Shown: positions 39,987 through 48,707 of the stretch, in pieces | Layout of the letters: each line of letters starts with the position of its first letter | Position numbering within the stretch: the first letter of the stretch is position 1 | Assembly: GCA_965243395.1 (NCBI GenBank) | Contig: CBDEUS010000001.1 | Location: forward strand, 1,215,211-1,279,210 | Direction: 5' to 3' | DNA length: 64,000 nt | From: Gammaproteobacteria bacterium | Lineage (GTDB): Bacteria > Pseudomonadota > Gammaproteobacteria > UBA4575 | Position numbers and translations under genes: made by a program | The notes under the pieces: generated by a model | The model's input: only the letters and a program-made list of their open reading frames with translations | What the model was told of the DNA's origin: nothing | Databases searched by the model: none

Positions 39987-41612
39987 TTAAATTTTATCGC
40001 CAAGCTGTTTCAGTGGCACCTTAATAACCGTATTCTCTAATTCTTCAAATTCATGATGCTTTCCTGACCATGGGCGTGTAGCAAGATTTCTGCGTTCAAT
40101 TTTAGGAGCACTAGAGGAAGGGTATAAAACATTTAAAGGTATAGATAAGCCATTGGATTGAACAACACGTGCATGCCTACGATCTAATTCGCGAGGATGC
40201 TTTACTCCACATGAATGAGCAATCATACCTACCTCATGAACAATGTTATTAACATAGTTCATCACTCGAATAGATTTAAGATGTGGGTTTAAACCACGCT
40301 GAAGTCTTTTATTATGTGTAGTAATACCCGTAGGACACGTGTCTTTGTTACATTGCAATGCTTGAATACATCCTAGTGCAAACATAAAGCCACGAGCTGA
40401 AGCTATAAAATGTGCCCCTAAACATAATGCCCATGCAACGTCTGCTGGAGTAACCAATTTTCCTGAAGCAACTACCTTTATGCGGTCATAAAGACCATAT
40501 TCTTTTAGTTTGTTTACTAACATCGGCAAACTTTCGTTTAATGGTAGCCCCATGTCATCTAACAATGGCATGGGTGCAGCTCCAGTGCCGCCATCAGCAC
40601 TATCTACGGTTATAAAATCAGGAGCAGAAGATTCACCGCGTGAGCAAATTAATCTAAATAAATGATCTAACCAATCTTCAGAACCAATAACACTTTTAAT
40701 ACCTACTGGTTTTCCCGTTACATCACGTATGAAACTAATCATATCTAGCAAATCTGCATCACAACTGATATCAGGATGACGGTTTGGACTAATTGCCGCT
40801 TCGCCTATACGTACACCTCGTATTTCAGCAATTTCTTTCGTAACTTTTGCACCAGGAAGTATTCCCCCTTTACCGGGTTTACCGCCTTGGCTTAATTTAA
40901 TCTCAAACATTCTTACTTGATCATGCGCAGCCACTTCGCTCAATTTTGATTCACTCAGCTTGCCGCTAATTGGATCTCTTACTCCATATTTGGCAGTGCC
41001 TATTTGAAAAACAAGGTCACACCCACTCCTTAGATGAAATTTAGATAGACCGCCCTCACCTGTATTTAACCAACAACCAGATCTTTTAGCGCCTTCAGCT
41101 AGCGCAAGCACGGCTGGCTTTGAAATGGCTCCATAACTCATACCTGAAATATTGAATATAGATTTTGTTGTATATGGAAACCTACACTCTTGACCAATAG
41201 TTTGCTCACTTACCGGTGCAGCATCTTCACCAAGGGTTGGATACGGACAATTAGCAAAAAGTACAGTACCTACTTTTTTGAGATCTCTAGAAGATCCAAA
41301 CGCGATAGTATTACTAATATCTTTTGCAGCTCGATAAACCCAAGAGCGTTGCGCACGATTGAATGGCAACTCTTCGCGATCCATAGAGAAGAAGTACTGC
41401 CTAAAAAATTCACCTATATGTTCAAAGAAATATCGAAAACGCCCAATTACAGGAAAGTTTCGTCTTACTGCATGCTTAGATTGGGTAATATCTGTTATGT
41501 ATAAGATTGGAATACAAACTAGGAGAATTAAAAATAGTATTGAAAACAGGTCTTGTGATATTTCAAGACCGTAGGATATCCATGTCTTACCAATTTGCAA
41601 AAAACCATCCAT
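39987..41612 (-). CDS. FMN-binding glutamate synthase family protein (stand-alone, YerD-like)
   Basis: N-terminal TM; SGMSYGAIS, NTGEGG, EIKLSQGGKPGKGG, DGGTGAAP, CIQALQCNKDTCP 3Fe-4S motif. Confidence 0.93.
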   Translation of the reverse strand: MDGFLQIGKTWISYGLEISQDLFSILFLILLVCIPILYITDITQSKHAVRRNFPVIGRFRYFFEHIGEFFRQYFFSMDREELPFNRAQRSWVYRAAKDISNTIAFGSSRDLKKVGTVLFANCPYPTLGEDAAPVSEQTIGQECRFPYTTKSIFNISGMSYGAISKPAVLALAEGAKRSGCWLNTGEGGLSKFHLRSGCDLVFQIGTAKYGVRDPISGKLSESKLSEVAAHDQVRMFEIKLSQGGKPGKGGILPGAKVTKEIAEIRGVRIGEAAISPNRHPDISCDADLLDMISFIRDVTGKPVGIKSVIGSEDWLDHLFRLICSRGESSAPDFITVDSADGGTGAAPMPLLDDMGLPLNESLPMLVNKLKEYGLYDRIKVVASGKLVTPADVAWALCLGAHFIASARGFMFALGCIQALQCNKDTCPTGITTHNKRLQRGLNPHLKSIRVMNYVNNIVHEVGMIAHSCGVKHPRELDRRHARVVQSNGLSIPLNVLYPSSSAPKIERRNLATRPWSGKHHEFEELENTVIKVPLKQLGDKI

Positions 41613-41645
41613 ATTGGAATAAACTAGTAGTGTCCGATTACTATT

Positions 41646-41672
41646 TTATCGGCCAAAGCGTGCTGTTCTTTA
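41646..41672 (-). promoter_or_regulatory. sigma28 promoter of the glutamate-synthase-like/DGC operon
   Basis: TAAA-N15-GCCGATAA, perfect consensus, 33 bp upstream of the ATG. Confidence 0.88.
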
Positions 41673-41726
41673 GATAAATTCAAGATAAGTAACTGAATAT
41701 AATAAATATCTACTTAGATCCACTAT

Positions 41727-42335
41727 TTAGGCAAGATTCTTTTCCCGAATCAGCCTTATCTCTTTCCCTCTAACATGTGTATGTATAGCCTCACGATCCT
41801 CAAGATTGATATGAGTAAACTCTACCCCTATGGTAAATTGGCCTTTATTTTCTTTATCTAAATCACATCGAGCGATCTTTCCATAAGCGAGAATAAAGTT
41901 AGATATTTGCGATAACTGAAGTCTTAGTTCTAAGTATGAGCCAATATTTATCTGCTCATCATATTTAAACCGTATTCCACTAGCACTAATATTTACCTCA
42001 TGCCAGTTCAAATCTGGGATCATTGAGCATGAAGAAAACTGTCTCCTTGCTAAAGTATTAATTTTTTCGTCGAGTATCTTTAAATATTTAGCAACTTCAG
42101 GATAGCGTCTTCGCAGTAACGCAAATTGGTCTGTAAGTGCTTTAGAGGAATCACTGAAGCTATTTAATAATTGTAATTCAGCATTATTCTCGGGATATTT
42201 TTTTAATACTTCATTAATCTGTTCATCCGGTATAATACGTAATGACAATAAAATATTGTCATCAATTCTAAATGCGCTACGATTTTCAATCGCCGAATCA
42301 TTTATTTTTTCATTTTTTCCGCTTACATTTTCCAT
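41727..42335 (-). CDS. PilZ-domain protein
   Basis: RSAFR (RxxxR) and NISASG (D/NxSxxG); 'IGVEF'. Confidence 0.9.
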   Translation of the reverse strand: MENVSGKNEKINDSAIENRSAFRIDDNILLSLRIIPDEQINEVLKKYPENNAELQLLNSFSDSSKALTDQFALLRRRYPEVAKYLKILDEKINTLARRQFSSCSMIPDLNWHEVNISASGIRFKYDEQINIGSYLELRLQLSQISNFILAYGKIARCDLDKENKGQFTIGVEFTHINLEDREAIHTHVRGKEIRLIREKNLA

Positions 42336-42346
42336 ATCGTTAAACT

Positions 42347-43237
42347 TTAGTATTCGCTATCAACATTTGACATTACTTCTTCATATTCATAGAACAAGCT
42401 TTTATTTCCTAATATCGATATCTCTACTCTTCTATTTTTTGAACGACTATTTTCAGTGTAGTTAGTAAATATGGGCTTGGTATCACCATGCGCTCTGATT
42501 TGAAGTCGGTCTGGGTCTATATTTTCTTCTGCCTCGAGATGATGTACTACTGCCGCTGCACGAGCAGCAGATAGAACCCAATTTGATGGAAATCTTGAGG
42601 TACTAATTGGACGGTTATCTGTATGACCAGAAACAATAATTTTCCCTTCTACAGACTTTAAGGCTAATGCTATCTTTTTTAACAATGCTGCAAAGTTCTG
42701 ATTAATTTTGTCGTCACCCGATGAAAAAGTACCACGTTCTCTAATTCGAATAATAATCTCCCGATCTGTCCACTCCACTTCAACTGTTCCAGAGTCAATT
42801 TCGGCTTGCAAAATTTGAGTAATCTTCTTAGCCTCATCTTCCATACGCTTTACCGCAGCTAAATAAATTTCTTTTGCAATTTCTTTTTTATTTAAATCGC
42901 CTTCACCACTACTGAAATCTAGATTATCTTTACTTTCATCTGTTGTTTGTTGACGCATTATTTTTAATAATGTCTCGTTATCAGGCTTACCAGGGCTGAA
43001 TTCAGTAGTGACTACACTGGTACCTTTTGGCAACTCGTTTGCGGGCACATCTCTTTGCACACCAAACGCCCTGGATAATGAACCTGCAAGCTCTTTGAAT
43101 TTTGCCGCATCCATTTCTGAAAAAGCTAAAAGCAAAACAAAAAAGCACATCAACAAAGACATTAAGTCGGCAAAAGTTGCCATCCATGCCGGTGCACCAG
43201 AAGATTCTTGTGCTTTTGCAGGAGGAGTGTCAGACAT
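42347..43237 (-). CDS. motB: Stator B subunit (PomB/MotB-like)
   Basis: PAWMATFADLMSLLMCFFVLL; OmpA-like GHTDN, SNWVLSAARA, KNRRVEI. Confidence 0.95.
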   Translation of the reverse strand: MSDTPPAKAQESSGAPAWMATFADLMSLLMCFFVLLLAFSEMDAAKFKELAGSLSRAFGVQRDVPANELPKGTSVVTTEFSPGKPDNETLLKIMRQQTTDESKDNLDFSSGEGDLNKKEIAKEIYLAAVKRMEDEAKKITQILQAEIDSGTVEVEWTDREIIIRIRERGTFSSGDDKINQNFAALLKKIALALKSVEGKIIVSGHTDNRPISTSRFPSNWVLSAARAAAVVHHLEAEENIDPDRLQIRAHGDTKPIFTNYTENSRSKNRRVEISILGNKSLFYEYEEVMSNVDSEY

Positions 43238-43249
43238 TCTTAAATAAAG

Positions 43250-44032
43250 CTATGCAGCTTCTTTCTCTTCAGCAGATTCACTCGCTTTACCGCGTAAATT
43301 ATCTGGCAAATAAGTAGCAAGAATTTGTTCAACCACTCTAGGATTTGTGCCTGCTTGAATAGCTGAAACAGATTCAAGAATTAAATCTTTACTAAGGCGT
43401 TCATCAAGTGCAATTTTTTTAAGCTTGTCTGCAATGGGAAGCGCAATAGCATTTGCGATAATCGCTCCATAAAGTGTTGTTAATAATGCAACTGCCATTG
43501 CTGGACCAATTGCTTTAGGGTCATCCATATTTGACAACATTTGAACTAAACCAATCAAAGTACCAATCATTCCCATTGCTGGAGCCGCATCTCCAATAGA
43601 CTTGAACATCTCTCTACCTGTTTCATGACGTTCAATTGATAAATTAATATCTTTATTCAACATTTTTTGTACAACTTCAGTTGGGTGCCCATCAATGCAA
43701 AGATTGATACCTTGTTCTAAAAAAGGGTGCCCAATCTCTTTGCCTTCTAGTGCGAGCACACCCTCTTTACGAGCTACATCTGCAAGCTCTACTGCTTCTT
43801 CAATAAGCTTGGTAAGACTGACTGCTTTATGCAGAAACGTAGATAAAACTAATTTAAACGAACCAAAAAAATCTCCTAGAGAAATACGTGTAAGTGTTGC
43901 GGCAAATGTTCCTCCTATGACCACAGCAAGTGACGGCACATTAACAAAAGTTCCTGCCGAACCCCCCAAGACGATCGCTAATACGATTACCGCAATTGCT
44001 CCCAGCAAACCCAGTAGAGTTGCTAAATCCAT
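43250..44032 (-). CDS. motA: Stator A subunit (PomA-like)
   Basis: MDLATLLG, ARKEGVLALE, APAMGMIGTLIGLV.MLSNMDDPKAIGPAMAVALLTTLYG. Confidence 0.96.
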   Translation of the reverse strand: MDLATLLGLLGAIAVIVLAIVLGGSAGTFVNVPSLAVVIGGTFAATLTRISLGDFFGSFKLVLSTFLHKAVSLTKLIEEAVELADVARKEGVLALEGKEIGHPFLEQGINLCIDGHPTEVVQKMLNKDINLSIERHETGREMFKSIGDAAPAMGMIGTLIGLVQMLSNMDDPKAIGPAMAVALLTTLYGAIIANAIALPIADKLKKIALDERLSKDLILESVSAIQAGTNPRVVEQILATYLPDNLRGKASESAEEKEAA

Positions 44033-44140
44033 TTATAAACGCTCCTTGTTTAACTTATTCTCAATGAGTACATACACTGTAACTTACTGATTTATAGAAT
44101 ATATTTTTTATATCGAAGATAGACTCTTATGACACTGTTT

Positions 44141-44167
44141 GTAACGGCCAAAAGCAGCAAATATTTA
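44141..44167 (-). promoter_or_regulatory. sigma28 promoter of motA-motB-pilZ
   Basis: TAAA-N15-GCCGTTAC. Confidence 0.75.
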
Positions 44168-44246
44168 GGAATTTGCGCTTAAACGGAGGATTGGCAGACA
44201 AGAGAACAGGGGCTGGATTCGAATCTGAAAAAAGCTGAAAAAATGC

Positions 44247-44273
44247 TTAAAAATCAAGCAAATATGCCGATAA
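44247..44273 (+). promoter_or_regulatory. sigma28 promoter of the CheY-like gene
   Basis: TTAA-N15-GCCGATAA. Confidence 0.8.
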
Positions 44274-44327
44274 ACAGCTTAAGGGAAAGTGTTTTTAGCA
44301 TGAGATTTTGAATATCAAAAACCCAGC

Positions 44328-44687
44328 ATGAAAATCTTAATAGTAGATGACAGTCAGGCTATGCGGAAAATCATTCAGTGGAATCTCCGTCATGCCGGGA
44401 TTTGCGTAGAAAAAATCTTCGAGGCCTCATGCGTGCAAGATGCATTTCAGATCATCGAAAGTAAAAGGCCTGACTTAGTAATTACAGATTGGAATATGCC
44501 CGAGATGGGAGGTTTACAGTTATTGAAAGCCGTACGCGATGTTCAAAATTCAGTACGGTTTGGATTTGTTATTACACAAACTTCTACAAATATACGAAAC
44601 TTAGTTAAAGATGCTGGTGCTAATTTTATTGTTTCAAATCCTGCTTCTCCAAATTCATTTAAAGCTCAAATTAGCCAAACTCTGTAA
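44328..44687 (+). CDS. Single-domain CheY-like response regulator
   Basis: ILIVDDS, PDLVITDWNMPEMGG; conserved KP replaced by NP. Confidence 0.9.
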   Translation: MKILIVDDSQAMRKIIQWNLRHAGICVEKIFEASCVQDAFQIIESKRPDLVITDWNMPEMGGLQLLKAVRDVQNSVRFGFVITQTSTNIRNLVKDAGANFIVSNPASPNSFKAQISQTL

Positions 44688-44755
44688 TACATATTGGAAA
44701 GTTTATTAGTTAGCGAGTTATCATTCTGATTAATCGCTCTATTTAAAACTAAACC

Positions 44756-44769
44756 GTCAATTAATTGAC
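44756..44769. promoter_or_regulatory. Perfect palindrome GTCAATTAATTGAC (FleQ-box-like)
   Basis: 14-bp palindrome, 13/14 match to GTCAATAAATTGAC, upstream of the SBP-HK-RR operon. Confidence 0.65.
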
Positions 44770-44893
44770 TATTATTAAAAATTTATACATTGATTTTTAA
44801 AGATAGTTCAATTTTTCTGCTATCTTACTATTTGGATTATATGTCGTTTATTTGACATCCATTTATCAATTATATTTTTCAAAAAACACATAT

Positions 44894-45880
44894 ATGTCAC
44901 AGAATTTATCTGGAACTAGAAACATTATTCTATTTTTACTAGCTTCAGCTGTTTTAATAATTCTAATTTATTTATCTCCCAAATCTATCGAGGAAAAATC
45001 AGAAGTAATACGAATCGGTATAACCCAATGGCCTGGATTTGAATACTTATTCATTGCCAAAAAGCAAGGCTTTTTTAAACAAGCAGGTTTGAATATCGAA
45101 TTAGTTGAACTGAGTTCACTTGCTGAAGTACGTAGAGCCTTTGAACGTAACAAAATTGATGGAATGACAACAACATTAGTAGAAGTATTAGAGGCGTATA
45201 AATACTCTTCAAATATTGCACAACCTATACTGGTTACAAACTATTCAAAAGGAGCAGATGAGATACTGGCAACTGAGAAAATTAACAATGTAAAAGACCT
45301 GAAGGGTAAAAAAATTGGTATTGAAGCCGGAAGTATGAGCACATATCTAGTTTACTCAGCACTCGATATGTATGACATAAAGCATTCCGAGGTTGTTTTA
45401 ATCCCAATGGAAGTACATAAGCTGGCTAAGGCTCTAAAAACAAAAAAAGTTGATGCGATAACTTCATATCCACCCATTTCTATATCAATTAAAAAGCAAC
45501 TTGAGGTCAAAACAATATTCGATAGTTCGCAAATTTCGCAAATAATACTGGATGTAGTTGCAATAAATTCAAAATCTGTAGCTAAACATCCTAATCTTCA
45601 AGAGAAATTAAGAGAAGTATGGAAACTTACGCTTGATTATGTAAATGAACATCCAGATGACTCATATATTACTTTAACAGAAAGAATTCCGATTTCCATT
45701 CAAGAGTTTAAAGACTCAATGAAATCAATAATGATAGTGAGCGCTGATGAACAAGAAACATACTTTGAGCAAGATGGAGTAATACTCAAAAATCTAGTTG
45801 AAATAGGAGATTTTGTCTTCATGAGTACTGATAAAAAAGATATTGATTATTCAAAATTTATATATCAAAGCTCGGATTAA
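44894..45880 (+). CDS. NMT1/SsuA-like periplasmic substrate-binding protein, membrane-anchored (probable start ATG 44894)
   Basis: N-terminal TM; IGITQWPGF, AKKQGFF, SKGADEI, VKDLKGKKIG, VDAITSYPP. Confidence 0.88.
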   Translation: MSQNLSGTRNIILFLLASAVLIILIYLSPKSIEEKSEVIRIGITQWPGFEYLFIAKKQGFFKQAGLNIELVELSSLAEVRRAFERNKIDGMTTTLVEVLEAYKYSSNIAQPILVTNYSKGADEILATEKINNVKDLKGKKIGIEAGSMSTYLVYSALDMYDIKHSEVVLIPMEVHKLAKALKTKKVDAITSYPPISISIKKQLEVKTIFDSSQISQIILDVVAINSKSVAKHPNLQEKLREVWKLTLDYVNEHPDDSYITLTERIPISIQEFKDSMKSIMIVSADEQETYFEQDGVILKNLVEIGDFVFMSTDKKDIDYSKFIYQSSD

Positions 45881-45888
45881 TTACTACA

Positions 45889-48234
45889 ATGAATTATTCG
45901 AATAAAACATCCTCTCAAAAACGAATTATATTATCTTTTATTATTGTTTTTTTCATCGCTGTGCTAACTATCTGTGTGCTGATGTATCAAGTATTTAGCA
46001 AAAATTTAACTGAAAGTTTACATACACGCGCAATTGAAATTATAGATATAATTGATTATATGGCTCAAACCACTGGGGAATCACCTGAGCTAGTAAGAGG
46101 TATTAAAACATTAGCTGCGAATCGCGATATAAAACTCATTATCGTAAGAATTAACGAGCCTCAAGTAGTAATCGCTTCAAATAAAGAAGCATTAATTGGC
46201 TTGCCAACTAATGAAATATTTAATGACATCGGAACTAAACAATCCTTTAAACTGGACTCAAGTAATGATCGATATACTGCAGTTTCTTCTATTTGGTTAG
46301 AAAATAAATTTCACGATGGGCAGTTCACACAAGCCTTTGTTGGTGTTGTTTTCGATACGTATAAAACAAGAATTTTGTTGCAAAAAAAGATATTAAACAC
46401 TTCTTTATATTTGATATTAACGACCATTTTTGCAATTGGAATCATTTATTTACTAACTAATAAATATATTTTTAAACCATTAGAAGTAATTAATTCAACG
46501 TTAAAGAGCAATAATTCAAAAAATGAATTCTCACCTATTCCATTAATAAATAATGATGAAATTGGTGCCGTAGCAAGCACATTGAATAAATTGTTTACTG
46601 AACTTTATACATCTAAGAAAAATCTTCGTGAAACCACTGAACGATATGATTTAGCTATTCAAGGAACAAAAGTAGGTTTAATTGACTGGGATATAGTAAA
46701 TAATGACTTATATTGCTCATCTACACTAATGGACTTACTTGGGTATGATAAAAATAATTTTTCTCCAAGTTCAAGTTGGATTGAAAAACATTCGCATCCT
46801 GATGACAAAGAATCTGCGAAATCAGCATTAATCTCTCATTTAAAATTTAATACCGAATATGATGTCGAAGGTAGATTACAACATAAAAACGGAGAATATA
46901 TATGGATACGCGCGCGAGGACAATCGGTACGCGACGAGAGAGGTAAGGCGATACGCATGGTTGGTTACTATGTAGATATTAGCAAACAAAAAGAACATGA
47001 GCATTTTATGAATTCACTCTATCTATTAAGTGCAGATGCAACCATGTCTATTGAGAACAAACTGAACGCAATTTTAAGCGAAGCAACGGATTTCCTAAAA
47101 TTATCTGGTGGTGTAATTAGCCATATTGTTAACGATAAAGTTATGTTTGACTCATGTATTTGCAAAGAAGAATTAGAGTTTTGTTACTCAAATAAATTAA
47201 ACATTAAAGACACTCTTTACCAATATGTAATTGATAAAAACGATATAGTTTGCTTACACAATATTAATTCTTCAGAACTCAAACACGTTCATGAGCATAA
47301 TGAATATGGTATTAATACATACATTGGCATGCCTTTATATGTACATGGAAGAATTTATGGAACCGTGAGTTTTTTCGATAAAAAAATTAAGCTTAAAGCA
47401 TTTAATGATCGCGAAAAATCGTTTGTACGCTTGCTTTGCCAGTGGATAGGCAATGAAATGATGCGTGCGCAATACATAGATTATCTGCACGATACAGAAA
47501 GCAGATTAGAAGAAGCTGTAGAAGAACTTACAAATATAAATTCTGAATTAGAAAGCTTTACTTATGTTGCATCACATGACTTACAAGAGCCTTTAAGAAT
47601 GATCACAAATTTTACTGGACTTCTAAAAAGAAACTATGGAAATGAATTAGAAAATGAAGCTAAAGAATACTTAGATATATTATATAAGTCTGCAGGACAA
47701 ATGCGCTCATTAATCAATGATCTATTAGACTATGCGCGTGCAAGCAAAGAAAATGAAACCGTAAAAAACATAGATCTCAATGAAATAATCAATCACGTTT
47801 ATGCGAATTTAGAAAAACAAATACGTGAGTCTGGTGCAGAAATTATAATAGGAGACCTTCCAGTAGTTCAGGCTAATAAAGCGAGCATGATCAGCTTACT
47901 GCAAAACTTAATTAGTAACGGTTTAAAGTTTCAGAAAGAAGATCAACATCCCATAATTAAAGTTAACGCTTTTCAATATAGTGATGCTTGGGTAATCGCA
48001 GTACATGACAATGGTATAGGAATAGACAGTGAATATCAGTCCAAAGTTTTTGAACCATTTATAAGGTTGCATCCAAAAAGTGAATATATTGGTACTGGAA
48101 TAGGTTTGACTGTATGCAAGAAAATCGTTGCCAGAATGGGAGGCACATTATGGATAGAATCTGAAATAGGTTTAGGAAGTACTTTTTACATTTCCATTCC
48201 AAATTTTTCTAATCAAACAGGTAAAGCAGCATGA
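45889..48234 (+). CDS. Sensor histidine kinase (2 TM, HAMP, PAS, GAF, Cph1-like HisKA-HATPase)
   Basis: DEIG (HAMP), HPDD/WIRARG (PAS), YIGMPL (GAF), FTYVASHDLQEPLR, GTGIGL. Confidence 0.92.
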   Translation: MNYSNKTSSQKRIILSFIIVFFIAVLTICVLMYQVFSKNLTESLHTRAIEIIDIIDYMAQTTGESPELVRGIKTLAANRDIKLIIVRINEPQVVIASNKEALIGLPTNEIFNDIGTKQSFKLDSSNDRYTAVSSIWLENKFHDGQFTQAFVGVVFDTYKTRILLQKKILNTSLYLILTTIFAIGIIYLLTNKYIFKPLEVINSTLKSNNSKNEFSPIPLINNDEIGAVASTLNKLFTELYTSKKNLRETTERYDLAIQGTKVGLIDWDIVNNDLYCSSTLMDLLGYDKNNFSPSSSWIEKHSHPDDKESAKSALISHLKFNTEYDVEGRLQHKNGEYIWIRARGQSVRDERGKAIRMVGYYVDISKQKEHEHFMNSLYLLSADATMSIENKLNAILSEATDFLKLSGGVISHIVNDKVMFDSCICKEELEFCYSNKLNIKDTLYQYVIDKNDIVCLHNINSSELKHVHEHNEYGINTYIGMPLYVHGRIYGTVSFFDKKIKLKAFNDREKSFVRLLCQWIGNEMMRAQYIDYLHDTESRLEEAVEELTNINSELESFTYVASHDLQEPLRMITNFTGLLKRNYGNELENEAKEYLDILYKSAGQMRSLINDLLDYARASKENETVKNIDLNEIINHVYANLEKQIRESGAEIIIGDLPVVQANKASMISLLQNLISNGLKFQKEDQHPIIKVNAFQYSDAWVIAVHDNGIGIDSEYQSKVFEPFIRLHPKSEYIGTGIGLTVCKKIVARMGGTLWIESEIGLGSTFYISIPNFSNQTGKAA

Positions 48235-48695
48235 ATTTAATTAATACCAAAGACAAAACAGCTGAAATATTATTAATAGAAGATAATGCAGGCGATGTTT
48301 TGTTAACGAAAGAAGCTTTTCGCCATACTCATTTCAAATATAATTTACGAGTAGCTAGAGATGGAGACGAGGCATTAAAAATTTTAAATAGACAAGGCAA
48401 GTATAATAGTTTTCCTATGCCTGATCTTATATTATTAGATCTCAACCTACCTAAAATAGATGGCATAGAAGTATTAGAAAAAATTAAAACTAATTCTGAA
48501 TTAAAAGATATACCAGTAATTATATTGTCTGGATCACAAGCTGAAACTGACATGACTTCTAGCTATGATCTACACGCAAACTCATATGTCATTAAGCCTG
48601 ACAATTTTGATGACTTTAAAGAAATTATAGCTTCAATTGAAAACTTTTGGTTTGAAAAATATGACTCAAATACGGAAGGCAAAACTCTTCACTAA
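48231..48695 (+). CDS. Rcp1-like single-domain response regulator
   Basis: LIEDNAGD, PDLILLDLNLPKIDG, YDLHANSYVIKP, FW; 4-bp overlap with the kinase. Confidence 0.92.
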   Translation: MNLINTKDKTAEILLIEDNAGDVLLTKEAFRHTHFKYNLRVARDGDEALKILNRQGKYNSFPMPDLILLDLNLPKIDGIEVLEKIKTNSELKDIPVIILSGSQAETDMTSSYDLHANSYVIKPDNFDDFKEIIASIENFWFEKYDSNTEGKTLH

Positions 48696-48707
48696 ACTTA
48701 ATTAGAA

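Noticed and set aside
44712-44738. Imperfect inverted repeat after the CheY-like gene
   Set aside because: Mismatched stem; a terminator is possible but not supportable
45889-48234. Kinase as a bacteriophytochrome
   Set aside because: Only the transmitter module is Cph1-like; there is no N-terminal PAS-GAF-PHY photosensory core, and the protein has TM and HAMP segments
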